Positions 53,668 to 63,220 of a stretch of DNA of 64,000 nt are shown piece by piece. Made by a program: the position numbers and the translations under genes. The notes under the pieces are model-generated. The model saw only the letters and a list, made by a program, of their open reading frames with translations. It had not been told where the DNA came from and did no database searches. Positions within the stretch are counted from its first letter, which is position 1. Each line of letters starts with the position of its first letter. Source of the stretch: Firmicutes bacterium UBA7523 (GTDB taxonomy: Bacteria; Bacillota; Dethiobacteria; Dethiobacterales; Dethiobacteraceae); the NCBI GenBank assembly GCA_002479415.1, contig DLMZ01000047.1:2984-66983 (forward strand). Direction: 5' to 3'.

Positions 53668-54045
53668 ATGATGTTGGAACAGATAGGGAACTACATACAG
53701 GCTCAGGGCGTTGCAACTTTAGAGGTTGATATGTTTCTTGGCTATATGCCTGATCAGCCAGATAGCTGCGTTGCGCTGTTTGAGTACGCAGGTGCGCCAC
53801 CCGACTTGCATTGGGGAGGCGAATATCCGGGACTACAGGTTCGAGTGAGAAATACATCATACTCAGCCGCAAGAGCGAAGATAGAAAACATAGGTAAGTT
53901 GTTACACGGGGCGCATGAAACTGTTTTGTCAGGAACAAGGTTTTTGCTCATAAAGGCAACAGGTAGCCCAGAAGTATTGCGCCGAGACGGGAGCAACCGC
54001 GTTGAGTTTTTTATAAATTTTGAGACTATTAAGGAGCGTGATTAG
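53668..54045 (+). CDS. Tail terminator / minor capsid-like protein
   Basis: Position immediately before the tail tube genes. Confidence 0.5.
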   Translation: MMLEQIGNYIQAQGVATLEVDMFLGYMPDQPDSCVALFEYAGAPPDLHWGGEYPGLQVRVRNTSYSAARAKIENIGKLLHGAHETVLSGTRFLLIKATGSPEVLRRDGSNRVEFFINFETIKERD

Positions 54046-54046
54046 T

Positions 54047-54430
54047 GTGGCGATAGCAGGAAAGGGCGGCAGCGTCAATGTCGGTGCCAATAAAGTAGCA
54101 GAAATTAGCAATTGGTCGTTGGACTTGGGCTCAGACGATATTGACATTACTAGCTTTGATTCGAACGGGTGGAAGGAGTTTTTAGCAGGACTGAAAGAGT
54201 GGTCTGGTAGCCTCGAAGGTAACTTCAAGCACGATGACACAAACGGACAAAAGGCAATCTTAGCCGCTTGGGTTGCAGGTACCGCGTTGACTTTTAACTT
54301 AAAAGTAAGCGATACTGTAACTTTCAGCGGTAGTGCTTTTGTTAAGCCCAGCATCGAAACCCCAGTGGACGACAAGGCATCGTTCAGCTGCGACTTTCAA
54401 GGCACCGGGGCGTTAACGCTACCGGCATAA
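54047..54430 (+). CDS. Major tail (tube) protein, copy 1
   Basis: GTG follows AAGGAG. ..NWSLDLG.D.IDITSFDS.GWKEF..GLK.WSGS.EG.. pattern. Confidence 0.7.
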   Translation: MAIAGKGGSVNVGANKVAEISNWSLDLGSDDIDITSFDSNGWKEFLAGLKEWSGSLEGNFKHDDTNGQKAILAAWVAGTALTFNLKVSDTVTFSGSAFVKPSIETPVDDKASFSCDFQGTGALTLPA

Positions 54431-54443
54431 GGAGCTGAGACAA

Positions 54444-55058
54444 ATGGCGATAGTTGGAAAAGTAGGGGCGGTATATGTAAGCGACGTAGATACCGCCCCT
54501 GTTATTTTTATCGACGAGCCGACTACAGGCGACACAGCACGCAAGCGCTACCAGGTGACGGACGCAGATTTTCGTTACTGGCCACTAGATGAGCCAACAA
54601 CTGTAAAGGTCAATAACGTTGTTGTTGCTTCTGGTTTTGCTTTGGAGCGTGCTGGCGGTGTTGTTGAGTTTGCAGAGGCACTGGAAGTCGAAGATGAAGT
54701 CACTGTTTCTGGAAAAGCATTGACCGTTGTGCAGGCCGGCGGGTTTTTTAATTGGTCAGTAGACGGAGACGGGGATGACGCTGATGCCACAACATTTGAG
54801 AGCCAGGGATGGAAAGAGTTTGTTCGGACGCTGAATGGCTGGAGTGGTAGCGCAGAGGCATACTGGGGTGACGAGAGGTTCTCTGACGCTCTTGGAAAAA
54901 TCATTGTCGTAAAGCTCTTTGTGGATGCAGGGCAATCACAAAATTGCCTTGAAGGCTTTGCACTCATTAGCGGCGATGGAGTTGAGGCGCCTGTTGATGG
55001 GCTGGTGCAAGAGACTGTGGACTTTACGGGCACCGGGCCTTTGTATCCTAGATTTTAA
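54444..55058 (+). CDS. Major tail (tube) protein paralogue with N-terminal extension
   Basis: The C-terminal half repeats the copy-1 pattern: ..NWSVDGDGDDADATTFESQGWKEFVRTLNGWSGSAEAYW.. Confidence 0.65.
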   Translation: MAIVGKVGAVYVSDVDTAPVIFIDEPTTGDTARKRYQVTDADFRYWPLDEPTTVKVNNVVVASGFALERAGGVVEFAEALEVEDEVTVSGKALTVVQAGGFFNWSVDGDGDDADATTFESQGWKEFVRTLNGWSGSAEAYWGDERFSDALGKIIVVKLFVDAGQSQNCLEGFALISGDGVEAPVDGLVQETVDFTGTGPLYPRF

Positions 55059-55075
55059 ACTGAGGAGATGTAATC

Positions 55076-55414
55076 ATGCGTGACAAAACAATAAAGTTTG
55101 CCGGAAAAGAAGTTCGGATAGAAGAGAAAAAGATATTTGAGCTCGAAAAGATTGTTTCCGAGCTCTTTCCAGAAAGCAAAGGGAATCTCAAGAAGGTGGA
55201 TTTAGGCAAGCTTATAGAGCAGATTGACTTCGACCTGCTCTATAAAAAGCTTCCTGCAATCATCCCCGGGATTACGAAAGACGATGTTCGAAACGCCTAC
55301 ATGTCAGAACTTGAAGAATTACTAGAGGCGTTTGTTAATGTAAATTTTCAGGGAATCAAGCGTCTAATCGGTCCTCTGATGAATTTGATTCAGGTTGGCT
55401 TACCGCAGAGGTAA
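55076..55414 (+). CDS. Tail assembly chaperone (G-like)
   Basis: Position between the tube and tape-measure genes. Confidence 0.6.
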   Translation: MRDKTIKFAGKEVRIEEKKIFELEKIVSELFPESKGNLKKVDLGKLIEQIDFDLLYKKLPAIIPGITKDDVRNAYMSELEELLEAFVNVNFQGIKRLIGPLMNLIQVGLPQR

Positions 55415-55764
55415 CTGTCCTTTTGGGCAGAGAGTTTGGCTGGACGCTTGATGACATGCGTAGATTGACACCGGGAGAGTTGTCGGCGATATTAACAGAG
55501 CTTCAGCGTCAGGTCACTATCGAACAATACAACGAGCAGCGTAATCACTGGGCTTTTTTGGCTGCTGTGATTACTAATGGATTTGGTGCTATAGCAAGCA
55601 TGTTTAGTAAACGAAAGCATAAAGGCGTGTCCGCTGATGATTTTATAGGCAAGGATGCAAAAAAAATGCTCCAGAGGTTGCTGGAACAGGATGAGCCTAA
55701 GCAGACTGACTGGGGCAGGCATGTGAATGATGCTAAGGCTAAGGGGCTGGCGGGGCCGTGGTAA
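55342..55764 (+). CDS. -1 frameshift extension of the tail assembly chaperone (GT-like product)
   Basis: Slippery heptamer A-AAT-TTT at 55342-55348 in the zero frame. The -1 frame opens at 55339 and runs to 55764. Confidence 0.5.
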   Translation, partial: KFSGNQASNRSSDEFDSGWLTAEVTVLLGREFGWTLDDMRRLTPGELSAILTELQRQVTIEQYNEQRNHWAFLAAVITNGFGAIASMFSKRKHKGVSADDFIGKDAKKMLQRLLEQDEPKQTDWGRHVNDAKAKGLAGPW

Positions 55765-55797
55765 GAGCACGCAAAGACAGTATAGTGAGGTGGGCCT

Positions 55798-58536
55798 ATG
55801 AACTTTGGCGAGCTTTTCGTCCGGATGGCCGTAGACGAAAGACAATATGAAAAAGAATTGGACAGGCTTGAGGGCGTTACACAAAAGAAGGCCGTGACCC
55901 TAGGAAGCATCTTCAAAGGTGCTTTTTCTTTTGCCCTTGGGATGGGTCTTGTTTCTGGTTTTCGGTCAATCACCGACGCTGTGATTGACTTTGCAAATAC
56001 CGCATCAAGGACTCAGATGTTAGATATAGCGCTTCAGTCAGTAGCGCAATCATCTGGATACGTTTATTCAGCGATAAAAGAACAGAGAAACGCCATGGAA
56101 GACTTAGGCATTGCAGAGCAAGAAGCCTCTCAAATTCTTACTCGCTTCATGCAGGCTCAATTGGATGTTGCCGATGCGTCGAAGCTTGCAAGGGTTGCTC
56201 AAGACGCAGCTGTAATAGGCGGATATAATTCATCTGAAGCGGCAGAGCAAATGACCGAGGCTATCGCCAAGCAGCGTCCGCAACTGCTGTCTGCATTTGG
56301 ATTTACCCGCAATTTGAATGATATCTACAACGATTATGCTAAAACTGCTGGTAAAACCGCAAACAAGCTGTCTGAGGCTGAGAAAAAGCAGGCAATGTTA
56401 AATTACATCCTCAAAGAGGGCGAAAAAATAGCCGGAACTTACGAGGCTAGCATGGGGAGTGTCGGAAAAAAAATTGGCTCACTAGCTCGTTGGTGGAGCA
56501 AATTAAAAAACGTTATTGCAACACCTTTAGCGTTGCCGGTGCTAGACATTTTTGTCGAAGGCGTTACCAAAGGGCTAAAGAATGCCGTAGCCTGGGGCGA
56601 AGCAAATGAAGTAACAATGCGCAGATGGGGACAGACAGCGGTTAATGTCGCGACACTGATCGCTCGTGGCTTTATGTTTGTGGCTAGCGTGATACAGCGG
56701 AACTGGCAGCTTACACGCTTTGCCGGGACAGCGCTTATTTTTTATAAGGTAGCGACGAAGGCAGCATCTGGGGCATCGGCACTATTTAGTACAATAACGC
56801 TGGCGATTAATGGACAGTTAACAACGAAGATCCCACTGCTCGGATTTGTAAGTACTGCGATGGGGATATACAAGATGCAGATGTACTTGGCATCCAAAGC
56901 CGGCATTGCCCTAACCGGTGTGTTGGCTAAAGTTAAATTGGCGTTGTATTCTGTTTGGACTGCATTAGGCCCTATCGGCTGGATAATGATAGGATTGTCC
57001 GTGTCTGTGGCCGGGGGCGTTTCGCTTTGGAACAAATATAACCAATCACTACAAAAGGTGCCGAAAGCCTCTGCCGACGTAGCAGACGCGACCAGCGGCG
57101 CAACAAAGTCTTTGTATGACCAGGCAGAAGCCATGAGCGAAGCCGGGAAAGCAGCAAGCAAGAACCTTCAATCATTTGACGAAGTTCATCAACTGCAGGA
57201 GGATATGGCTGGTAGCGGAGAAGGCGTGCTGGATGGGCTGGACATAGATGGTCTGGGTGGCGGCATTTCGTCATTGGACGTTGAAGACATGCTTTTTGGA
57301 GTTGAACAAGCCAAGGGGACACTGGCTGGCTTTTGGGGATGGATTAAACAAGAAGCAAGCAAAACCTGGGGAGAAGTAAAGTTTGTAGCATCCGCAATTT
57401 GGCAGAAAATTAAAGAACGATGGAACTACGAAATAAACGAAACTAAAATGCTGGTTCAAAAGGTATGGAGCGGTATAAAAGAAGAATGGAATAAATTTAT
57501 CTCCTGGGCGGGGAATTTGTGGGATGGAGCAAAAGCCAAGTGGAATGATTTCAAGGATTGGGTAAAAAACGGATTTGGCTCTCTCTGGGACGGGGTAAAA
57601 GAAAAATGGGATAACTTCAAAGAGTGGTTGGCTAATCTCTGGGACGGAGTAAAAGAAAAATGGGGCGGCTTTACTGACTGGGTTTCTGAAAAATGGGATA
57701 GCTTTAGAACAAGAGCCGGAGAGATTTGGGGCAGCATAAAGGACTCAGTGTTGACAAGATGGGAAGGGATCCGAAACGCTACTCAGGCAATATGGTCTTT
57801 CATTTCCGCGTTTATAATTTCTTTGTGGCAGGGGGTACTGTCAACTGCAGTTAATGTTTGGTCTTCGCTGTATGCGGCTGTTAGTAAAACTTGGAACAGC
57901 GTACTTGATGCGGCTACATCTACATGGGAGGCCATCAAAATGGCTGTTTCGAGTCGCGTTAACAACACTAGAGACGTGATAGTATCTGCATGGAACAACG
58001 TAAGGGCAAGCCTTGCAGCGACATGGGAAAGCATAAGCAGCACAGCGGTCAGCATTTGGGGCGGTATCACCAATGTAATCAAAGGTGCCATCAACGGCAT
58101 CATCGGGCTTATAAACAAATTCATCGGTGCATTTAACAGGATAGAAATACAAGTACCTTCGGCGAACATTCCGCTGGTCGGAGAAGTTGGCGGGTGGAGT
58201 GTGAAAGTTCCGCAGATTCCGAGGATACCGATGCTGGCTAAGGGAACTAATTATGTACCAGAAGACATGCTTGCATTCCTGCACAAAGGAGAGGCCGTAG
58301 TCCCTGAAAAATTCAACAACAATCAATCGGCAACCGCCGGCGCCGAGGTTTATGAAGCTGTATATAGTGCAATTCGCGATGCCTTCAGAAGCATGCAGTC
58401 AGAACAAAACAGATCAGAGCAACAGCATGAAGCGGTATTTTATGTTGATTCCCATCGTATAGCCAGGGCTATCCTGCCGGCACTAGTAAAAGAAGGGCAG
58501 CGAACCGGGGTTTCTGTGGTGACGGCGGGAACGTAA
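55798..58536 (+). CDS. Tape measure protein
   Basis: 912 aa, with hydrophobic central segments and Trp-periodic repeats. Canonical position. Confidence 0.9.
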   Translation: MNFGELFVRMAVDERQYEKELDRLEGVTQKKAVTLGSIFKGAFSFALGMGLVSGFRSITDAVIDFANTASRTQMLDIALQSVAQSSGYVYSAIKEQRNAMEDLGIAEQEASQILTRFMQAQLDVADASKLARVAQDAAVIGGYNSSEAAEQMTEAIAKQRPQLLSAFGFTRNLNDIYNDYAKTAGKTANKLSEAEKKQAMLNYILKEGEKIAGTYEASMGSVGKKIGSLARWWSKLKNVIATPLALPVLDIFVEGVTKGLKNAVAWGEANEVTMRRWGQTAVNVATLIARGFMFVASVIQRNWQLTRFAGTALIFYKVATKAASGASALFSTITLAINGQLTTKIPLLGFVSTAMGIYKMQMYLASKAGIALTGVLAKVKLALYSVWTALGPIGWIMIGLSVSVAGGVSLWNKYNQSLQKVPKASADVADATSGATKSLYDQAEAMSEAGKAASKNLQSFDEVHQLQEDMAGSGEGVLDGLDIDGLGGGISSLDVEDMLFGVEQAKGTLAGFWGWIKQEASKTWGEVKFVASAIWQKIKERWNYEINETKMLVQKVWSGIKEEWNKFISWAGNLWDGAKAKWNDFKDWVKNGFGSLWDGVKEKWDNFKEWLANLWDGVKEKWGGFTDWVSEKWDSFRTRAGEIWGSIKDSVLTRWEGIRNATQAIWSFISAFIISLWQGVLSTAVNVWSSLYAAVSKTWNSVLDAATSTWEAIKMAVSSRVNNTRDVIVSAWNNVRASLAATWESISSTAVSIWGGITNVIKGAINGIIGLINKFIGAFNRIEIQVPSANIPLVGEVGGWSVKVPQIPRIPMLAKGTNYVPEDMLAFLHKGEAVVPEKFNNNQSATAGAEVYEAVYSAIRDAFRSMQSEQNRSEQQHEAVFYVDSHRIARAILPALVKEGQRTGVSVVTAGT

Positions 58537-58556
58537 CATAGGGGGATGACGGTATC

Positions 58557-58901
58557 ATGAAAATAAACGGACAAAATATTAAGACGCCTACAGAAGTTGT
58601 TGTGGGCGTCTTTCGCATATCAAAATCCGGCAGGCTATCAGATGGCAGCATGGCGATGGATATAATTGCACTTAAGCGAAGACTAGACTGTAGTTGGGCA
58701 CTTATATCGTCTTCTGACTTACAGCATTTACATGGAACACTTGAGAGTCAAACATTTAATGCGGTTGAATATGTTGACCCAAAAAATGGAGAAGCGGGGA
58801 CTATGACTGCCTATGTAGGGGACATCAATCAGTCAACGTTTCAAGTAAAAGACGGGGTTAGGTACTGGCGGAACGTTTCTTTATCATTGATAGAGAAATA
58901 A
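58557..58901 (+). CDS. Small distal-tail-like protein
   Basis: Position after the tape measure gene. 114 aa. Confidence 0.4.
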   Translation: MKINGQNIKTPTEVVVGVFRISKSGRLSDGSMAMDIIALKRRLDCSWALISSSDLQHLHGTLESQTFNAVEYVDPKNGEAGTMTAYVGDINQSTFQVKDGVRYWRNVSLSLIEK

Positions 58902-58923
58902 ATCGTAAGGTAGGAGAAGCAGC

Positions 58924-60351
58924 ATGATTACAAGCCAAAGATATAAAGACGCCATCCGCGCTGATAGCCGCAAATTTATTTGCAGAATAGAAGTAGATTT
59001 TCCGGCGGGGACAGAGGAATTCACTGGTGATCAGATAACAAAAATGTCCTTGCTGGAAGAGTCAAAGGGTGAGAGTGACAATCCCATGGGGCTTGTTACA
59101 TCTAACGAGTTTAGGTTTTCCATAGAAAACTCAGACCGCCGATTTTCCCCTTCAAATGAGAGCAGCCCATATTACGGGGAAATCCGTCCGGGCATTAAAG
59201 TGAGACCCTATATTGGACTCATTTTACCGCCGGAAGAAGAGGGTGAGGAAGAAACGATTGAGGAGATTCCTTTAGGTGTGTTTTGGGTTAACGACTGGCA
59301 AGCATTATCAACATCAATTGAGGCCACTGTTGTTTGTTACGATCGTCTCTACAGCCTGTTGCCCCAAGAGGTTCCTATGCTACCAGTTTTTCCGAACACG
59401 ACAATAGGGCAAATGTTTGTTAGCCTGTTCAGGGCGCTGGGTCTCAATGATAACGAATTTTACATCGGATCCAGACTAAATATCCCAGTGCGCCTGGGTT
59501 GGCTACCGCGCGGCAAAGTGGGCCAGGCCCTGAACCTACTTGCTGTAGCTGGAAGCTGTACAGTTTCAGTTAACAGAAACGGTGTAGTTGAAGTAAGGTC
59601 TATGCTTGGCATTGGTTTGCCGACGACGAGTTGGACTGATAGCGACATGATTTTTTCGGTGCATAACCCACAAAGATACCGAGATGTCTTTTCAAGTATA
59701 AGCATAGGTTATGCGCTTCCGGGGGTCGGTGAAAGCGAAACTATTTTGAACATCAAAGATATTGACTTGCCAAACGGGCTGACAAGGATTGAAAATATTC
59801 CGTTCAGGCAGTCAGCTATTGCGCGCGTTGAGTCTGTTGAGCTTATCGGGGTAACCGAAGCATTTATTAATGACTTTAAATACGGTGCTACAAGTATGAG
59901 CCTCGAAATAATCAATCCAGGAGAAGGACGCAAGGTGGATGTAAGAGTAATCGGAAGGCCTGTTAGCGTAAATGTCTCTGATTTGTCGCTAGACGATTCA
60001 GTAGCTGTTGCTGAATACGGGAAAAAAGTGCTAAGAATAGAGAATTTCTTAATACAGAGTGAAAGATTTGCTCGTACATATGCTAGTGCGCTAATAGCAT
60101 ATGTCAAAAACCCAAAAACAACATTTAGCATAGAGTCTCGCGGAGACCAATCGGTTACAACAACCGATTATATAGAGATTTTGAGCCCATCAGATTCAGT
60201 TGATGCGCCTATTGTTGTTCAGCCGATAAGAATGAGCCTCGATTTTGAGGGGGGGCTTCAGGCTAGCATAGAAGCGCGCCTGCCTATTGTACCGCTATAT
60301 TGGACTATGATTAGCCCTGGCTTATATGCATACACACAGGCCAGGATATAA
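58924..60351 (+). CDS. Tail tip / baseplate hub-like protein
   Basis: Position and size (475 aa). Confidence 0.5.
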   Translation: MITSQRYKDAIRADSRKFICRIEVDFPAGTEEFTGDQITKMSLLEESKGESDNPMGLVTSNEFRFSIENSDRRFSPSNESSPYYGEIRPGIKVRPYIGLILPPEEEGEEETIEEIPLGVFWVNDWQALSTSIEATVVCYDRLYSLLPQEVPMLPVFPNTTIGQMFVSLFRALGLNDNEFYIGSRLNIPVRLGWLPRGKVGQALNLLAVAGSCTVSVNRNGVVEVRSMLGIGLPTTSWTDSDMIFSVHNPQRYRDVFSSISIGYALPGVGESETILNIKDIDLPNGLTRIENIPFRQSAIARVESVELIGVTEAFINDFKYGATSMSLEIINPGEGRKVDVRVIGRPVSVNVSDLSLDDSVAVAEYGKKVLRIENFLIQSERFARTYASALIAYVKNPKTTFSIESRGDQSVTTTDYIEILSPSDSVDAPIVVQPIRMSLDFEGGLQASIEARLPIVPLYWTMISPGLYAYTQARI

Positions 60352-60390
60352 AGCTAACACATAATGATTTATCAAGGAGATGAAAACAGT

Positions 60391-61146
60391 ATGGCAATAT
60401 TACTTGAAGATAGCCTGGGCAGACCAAAACCACAATATGAAAACACGGCCGGAACGGATTTTGAAGCGTGGAAAGGTGCGAATGGGCATGGAAATGTCCG
60501 GTCGTCTGACGGGCAATTAATCACGGTAGGATCTAAAGATGATAGTGCTGCTGCAGACCACACCGTGAGTGCTTCGGTTGTGGCTGTGTTGAAGGCGATT
60601 CTCCGGGATGTGGGCGGTAGCGGGGAAGGAATAGATGAATTGCTTGATCGTATGGGGGAGGCAGTAGCCAGTCCTGACGCGCATACGCAGTTAGCCCGAC
60701 TGCAGGCAATTATGGATAGAATAGGGGACGCTGTTGAAGAGCCGAGTGGCTATACGTTGCTCGCTCGTATTCAGGTGTTGATTGATTTACTCAACTCCTT
60801 AGTAGATGAGGGAAACGTAAGGGTCGTTCAGCCCAAATTTATGGGACGAAAATCGTTTGCGTCAGAGTATGATTCGGCTCAGTCCGAAGAGGTAGTTGTT
60901 TCACCCGCCGCGGGAAAAAGGATTGTAGTGAAAGCTGTAACAATTACGACTGATGCGGCATCTGGGAGCGTGAAATTGTCCTGGGGAACTGCCGGGGCTC
61001 CGATTGCCGTGTTTTTCGCTGGAGGACAGAATGTTTTACACATGACGGGTGTAGAAATAGCCGGAGGGGTGGATGACACCGTTCAGCTTGACACGACGAC
61101 CTTGGCTGACAATGTGTTTGTAGCAATAGACTACGAAGAGGTATAG
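60391..61146 (+). CDS. Hypothetical tail-module protein
   Basis: ATG follows AAGGAG. Internal repeat ..HTQLARLQAIMDRIGDAV.. / ..YTLLARIQVLIDLLNSLV.. Confidence 0.45.
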   Translation: MAILLEDSLGRPKPQYENTAGTDFEAWKGANGHGNVRSSDGQLITVGSKDDSAAADHTVSASVVAVLKAILRDVGGSGEGIDELLDRMGEAVASPDAHTQLARLQAIMDRIGDAVEEPSGYTLLARIQVLIDLLNSLVDEGNVRVVQPKFMGRKSFASEYDSAQSEEVVVSPAAGKRIVVKAVTITTDAASGSVKLSWGTAGAPIAVFFAGGQNVLHMTGVEIAGGVDDTVQLDTTTLADNVFVAIDYEEV

Positions 61147-61158
61147 GTGGTGAAGTAG

Positions 61159-61509
61159 TTGCCGGCTGAGCAAATGTATAGTAAGAATCGGCTGATAAAT
61201 CCAAGCGCAGAGACTGGAGACACGACTGGCTGGGGTGTTGACGATGCTGAAGCCGTTCCTGGTGGTGTAGAAGGGGCTTACTGTTTCAGGGTTGGGTCGT
61301 TAGCCAGCATGGAGCAGGAAATTGTCGTCCCTGGACAGCCAACGGACTACAGGGTAGTAGGATTATTCTTGCCCGAGGGAGACCACCCTGAGGATAGCCC
61401 TGAAGTACATGCTTGGCTGGAAGTGATTTACGAGTACGGAGATGGGTCGAAAGACGAGTTTAGGTTCCCGTGCCGCAATGATGCGCTCGGGGTTATGGGA
61501 GGAGTTTAA
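61159..61509 (+). CDS. Hypothetical tail-module protein
   Basis: ORF only. Start may be TTG at 61159 or ATG at 61174. Confidence 0.4.
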   Translation: MPAEQMYSKNRLINPSAETGDTTGWGVDDAEAVPGGVEGAYCFRVGSLASMEQEIVVPGQPTDYRVVGLFLPEGDHPEDSPEVHAWLEVIYEYGDGSKDEFRFPCRNDALGVMGGV

Positions 61510-63210
61510 GTGGCTGGAGGATTATTTGGCGGCGGAGACGGTTCCCTGGGAAATCCATTCCTGGTAGAGGACGCGGCAGACTTAAACGCGGTGCGAAATG
61601 GTCTCGACCAGCACTACAAGCAAGCAGCTGATATAAACCTATCTAGTTGGGGTAACTTCGAGCCTATAGGATATGAAGAAGATTTGGACCCATACGAAAG
61701 ACGGTTTATGCCTTTTACCGGAAGCTATGATGGTGACGGACATGAGATACAGAACGCCTACATCTATTTTCCGATTATGGGCCTGGGATCCTACTGCGGA
61801 CTTTTTTCTTTTGTAGAAGCGCCAGGGGAAATTAAAAATTTGACCATAAGAGATACTACGGTCCCAGAAGATGAGGAAAATCCTAATGACGAGGCTGGAG
61901 ACTACGCCGGGGGACTCGTCGCACAAAATTTCGGTGTACTAACAAACTGTGGTTGTATAAACAGCGTTATATCAGGAGAGATGGCGGCCGGAGGGCTTGT
62001 CGGTATAAATTATGGTACCATTGTAGATTGTTCTAGCGAAAACAGCGATGTGGTAGGAGCATACTATGCTGGCGGGCTTATCGGTGCAAACTTTTATGGT
62101 GTGATGACGAACTGCAATAATGCCGACAGTGTTGTGCTAGGACGATATGTTGGTGGGCTTGTCGGATTTATTCTTTATGGCGGGGCCACAGAAGAATGTC
62201 ACAGTAGGAACAGTGAATTATTCGGCCTCTACGTTGGTGGGCTTGTAGGCGTAAGCGTAGAGGGCAGTATATCAAACTGTTATAGCACGGGGGACAACAT
62301 ACATGGCAGCGCCATAGAAGTGTACGGTGATGTGTCCCCCGGTTACTGCGGTGGTTTTGTCGGGATAGGTTTTGACGATACCATAACAAATTGTTACAGC
62401 ACGGGAACTCCCAACGGGGGAGAAAACGTGTTTGTCGGAGGATTTGCGGGCGAATATGCAGGGGTAATCACTGGTTGTTATTATGATAGCGATACTAGCG
62501 GGCAAAGCGATACCGGCAAAGGCGAGCCGAGAACATCTGCACAAATGAAAACACAAGAAACGTTTGCGGGTTGGGATTTTGAGAGTGTGTGGAGCATAGC
62601 CACAACTATCAATGATGGCTACCCGCACCTGGGAGTAAGTCCTGTAACCGCCTTGGTTTGGGTTAACTCAGATGTCCAGGTGCTGTCGGTTGCGTGGACT
62701 GCAGTGAGCAGCTTCGCTCCTATTCGAGATGATGCCGAGATCATCAGAGCGCGCTATAGGGTAGTGACGAAGGATTTGGCTGATGGCGGATACTTTGATT
62801 CACTCGGATTTTTCCGAAACCTGCTACGAGATAAGATTACGGGAAACAATGTTGTGTATTTTCCAGTTGCCCCAATTGCCCAAGGTGAGTCGTTGGAAAT
62901 ACCGGTGTTCGGAGCTGTAACCGAGGCGCAAGTTGTGGCTGCGCACCTTGTTCCAAAAGAGGCGATAACGGGGCGCGACGGCGATTATGCACAGATTCAG
63001 CTCGTGAATAAAGGCAGCGAGCAGGTTCTATCGACGCTGACATTTATAGCGGGGATAGATGCTTTAGCGCATGAAGTAATCAGCTTCGGTCCGGTAAACC
63101 AGTATGGCGAGTTTGAAATCTATAAGGGCATGTCATACAGGGTTGAGCAAGTTGGTATGGGCATGGCCCTGCCCGAGCTTGCATTGATTATTGAATGGAA
63201 CCTGCGATAG
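61510..63210 (+). CDS. GLUG-motif repeat protein (probable receptor-binding / tail fibre protein)
   Basis: Repeated GGL(V/I)G / GGFVG / GGFAG motifs at about 20-30 aa spacing. Confidence 0.6.
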   Translation: MAGGLFGGGDGSLGNPFLVEDAADLNAVRNGLDQHYKQAADINLSSWGNFEPIGYEEDLDPYERRFMPFTGSYDGDGHEIQNAYIYFPIMGLGSYCGLFSFVEAPGEIKNLTIRDTTVPEDEENPNDEAGDYAGGLVAQNFGVLTNCGCINSVISGEMAAGGLVGINYGTIVDCSSENSDVVGAYYAGGLIGANFYGVMTNCNNADSVVLGRYVGGLVGFILYGGATEECHSRNSELFGLYVGGLVGVSVEGSISNCYSTGDNIHGSAIEVYGDVSPGYCGGFVGIGFDDTITNCYSTGTPNGGENVFVGGFAGEYAGVITGCYYDSDTSGQSDTGKGEPRTSAQMKTQETFAGWDFESVWSIATTINDGYPHLGVSPVTALVWVNSDVQVLSVAWTAVSSFAPIRDDAEIIRARYRVVTKDLADGGYFDSLGFFRNLLRDKITGNNVVYFPVAPIAQGESLEIPVFGAVTEAQVVAAHLVPKEAITGRDGDYAQIQLVNKGSEQVLSTLTFIAGIDALAHEVISFGPVNQYGEFEIYKGMSYRVEQVGMGMALPELALIIEWNLR

Positions 63211-63220
63211 GAGTGTTATC

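Noticed and set aside
56742-58326. Several antisense or alternative-frame ORFs inside the tape measure gene
   Set aside because: These are shadow ORFs caused by the repetitive, biased composition of the tape measure gene.
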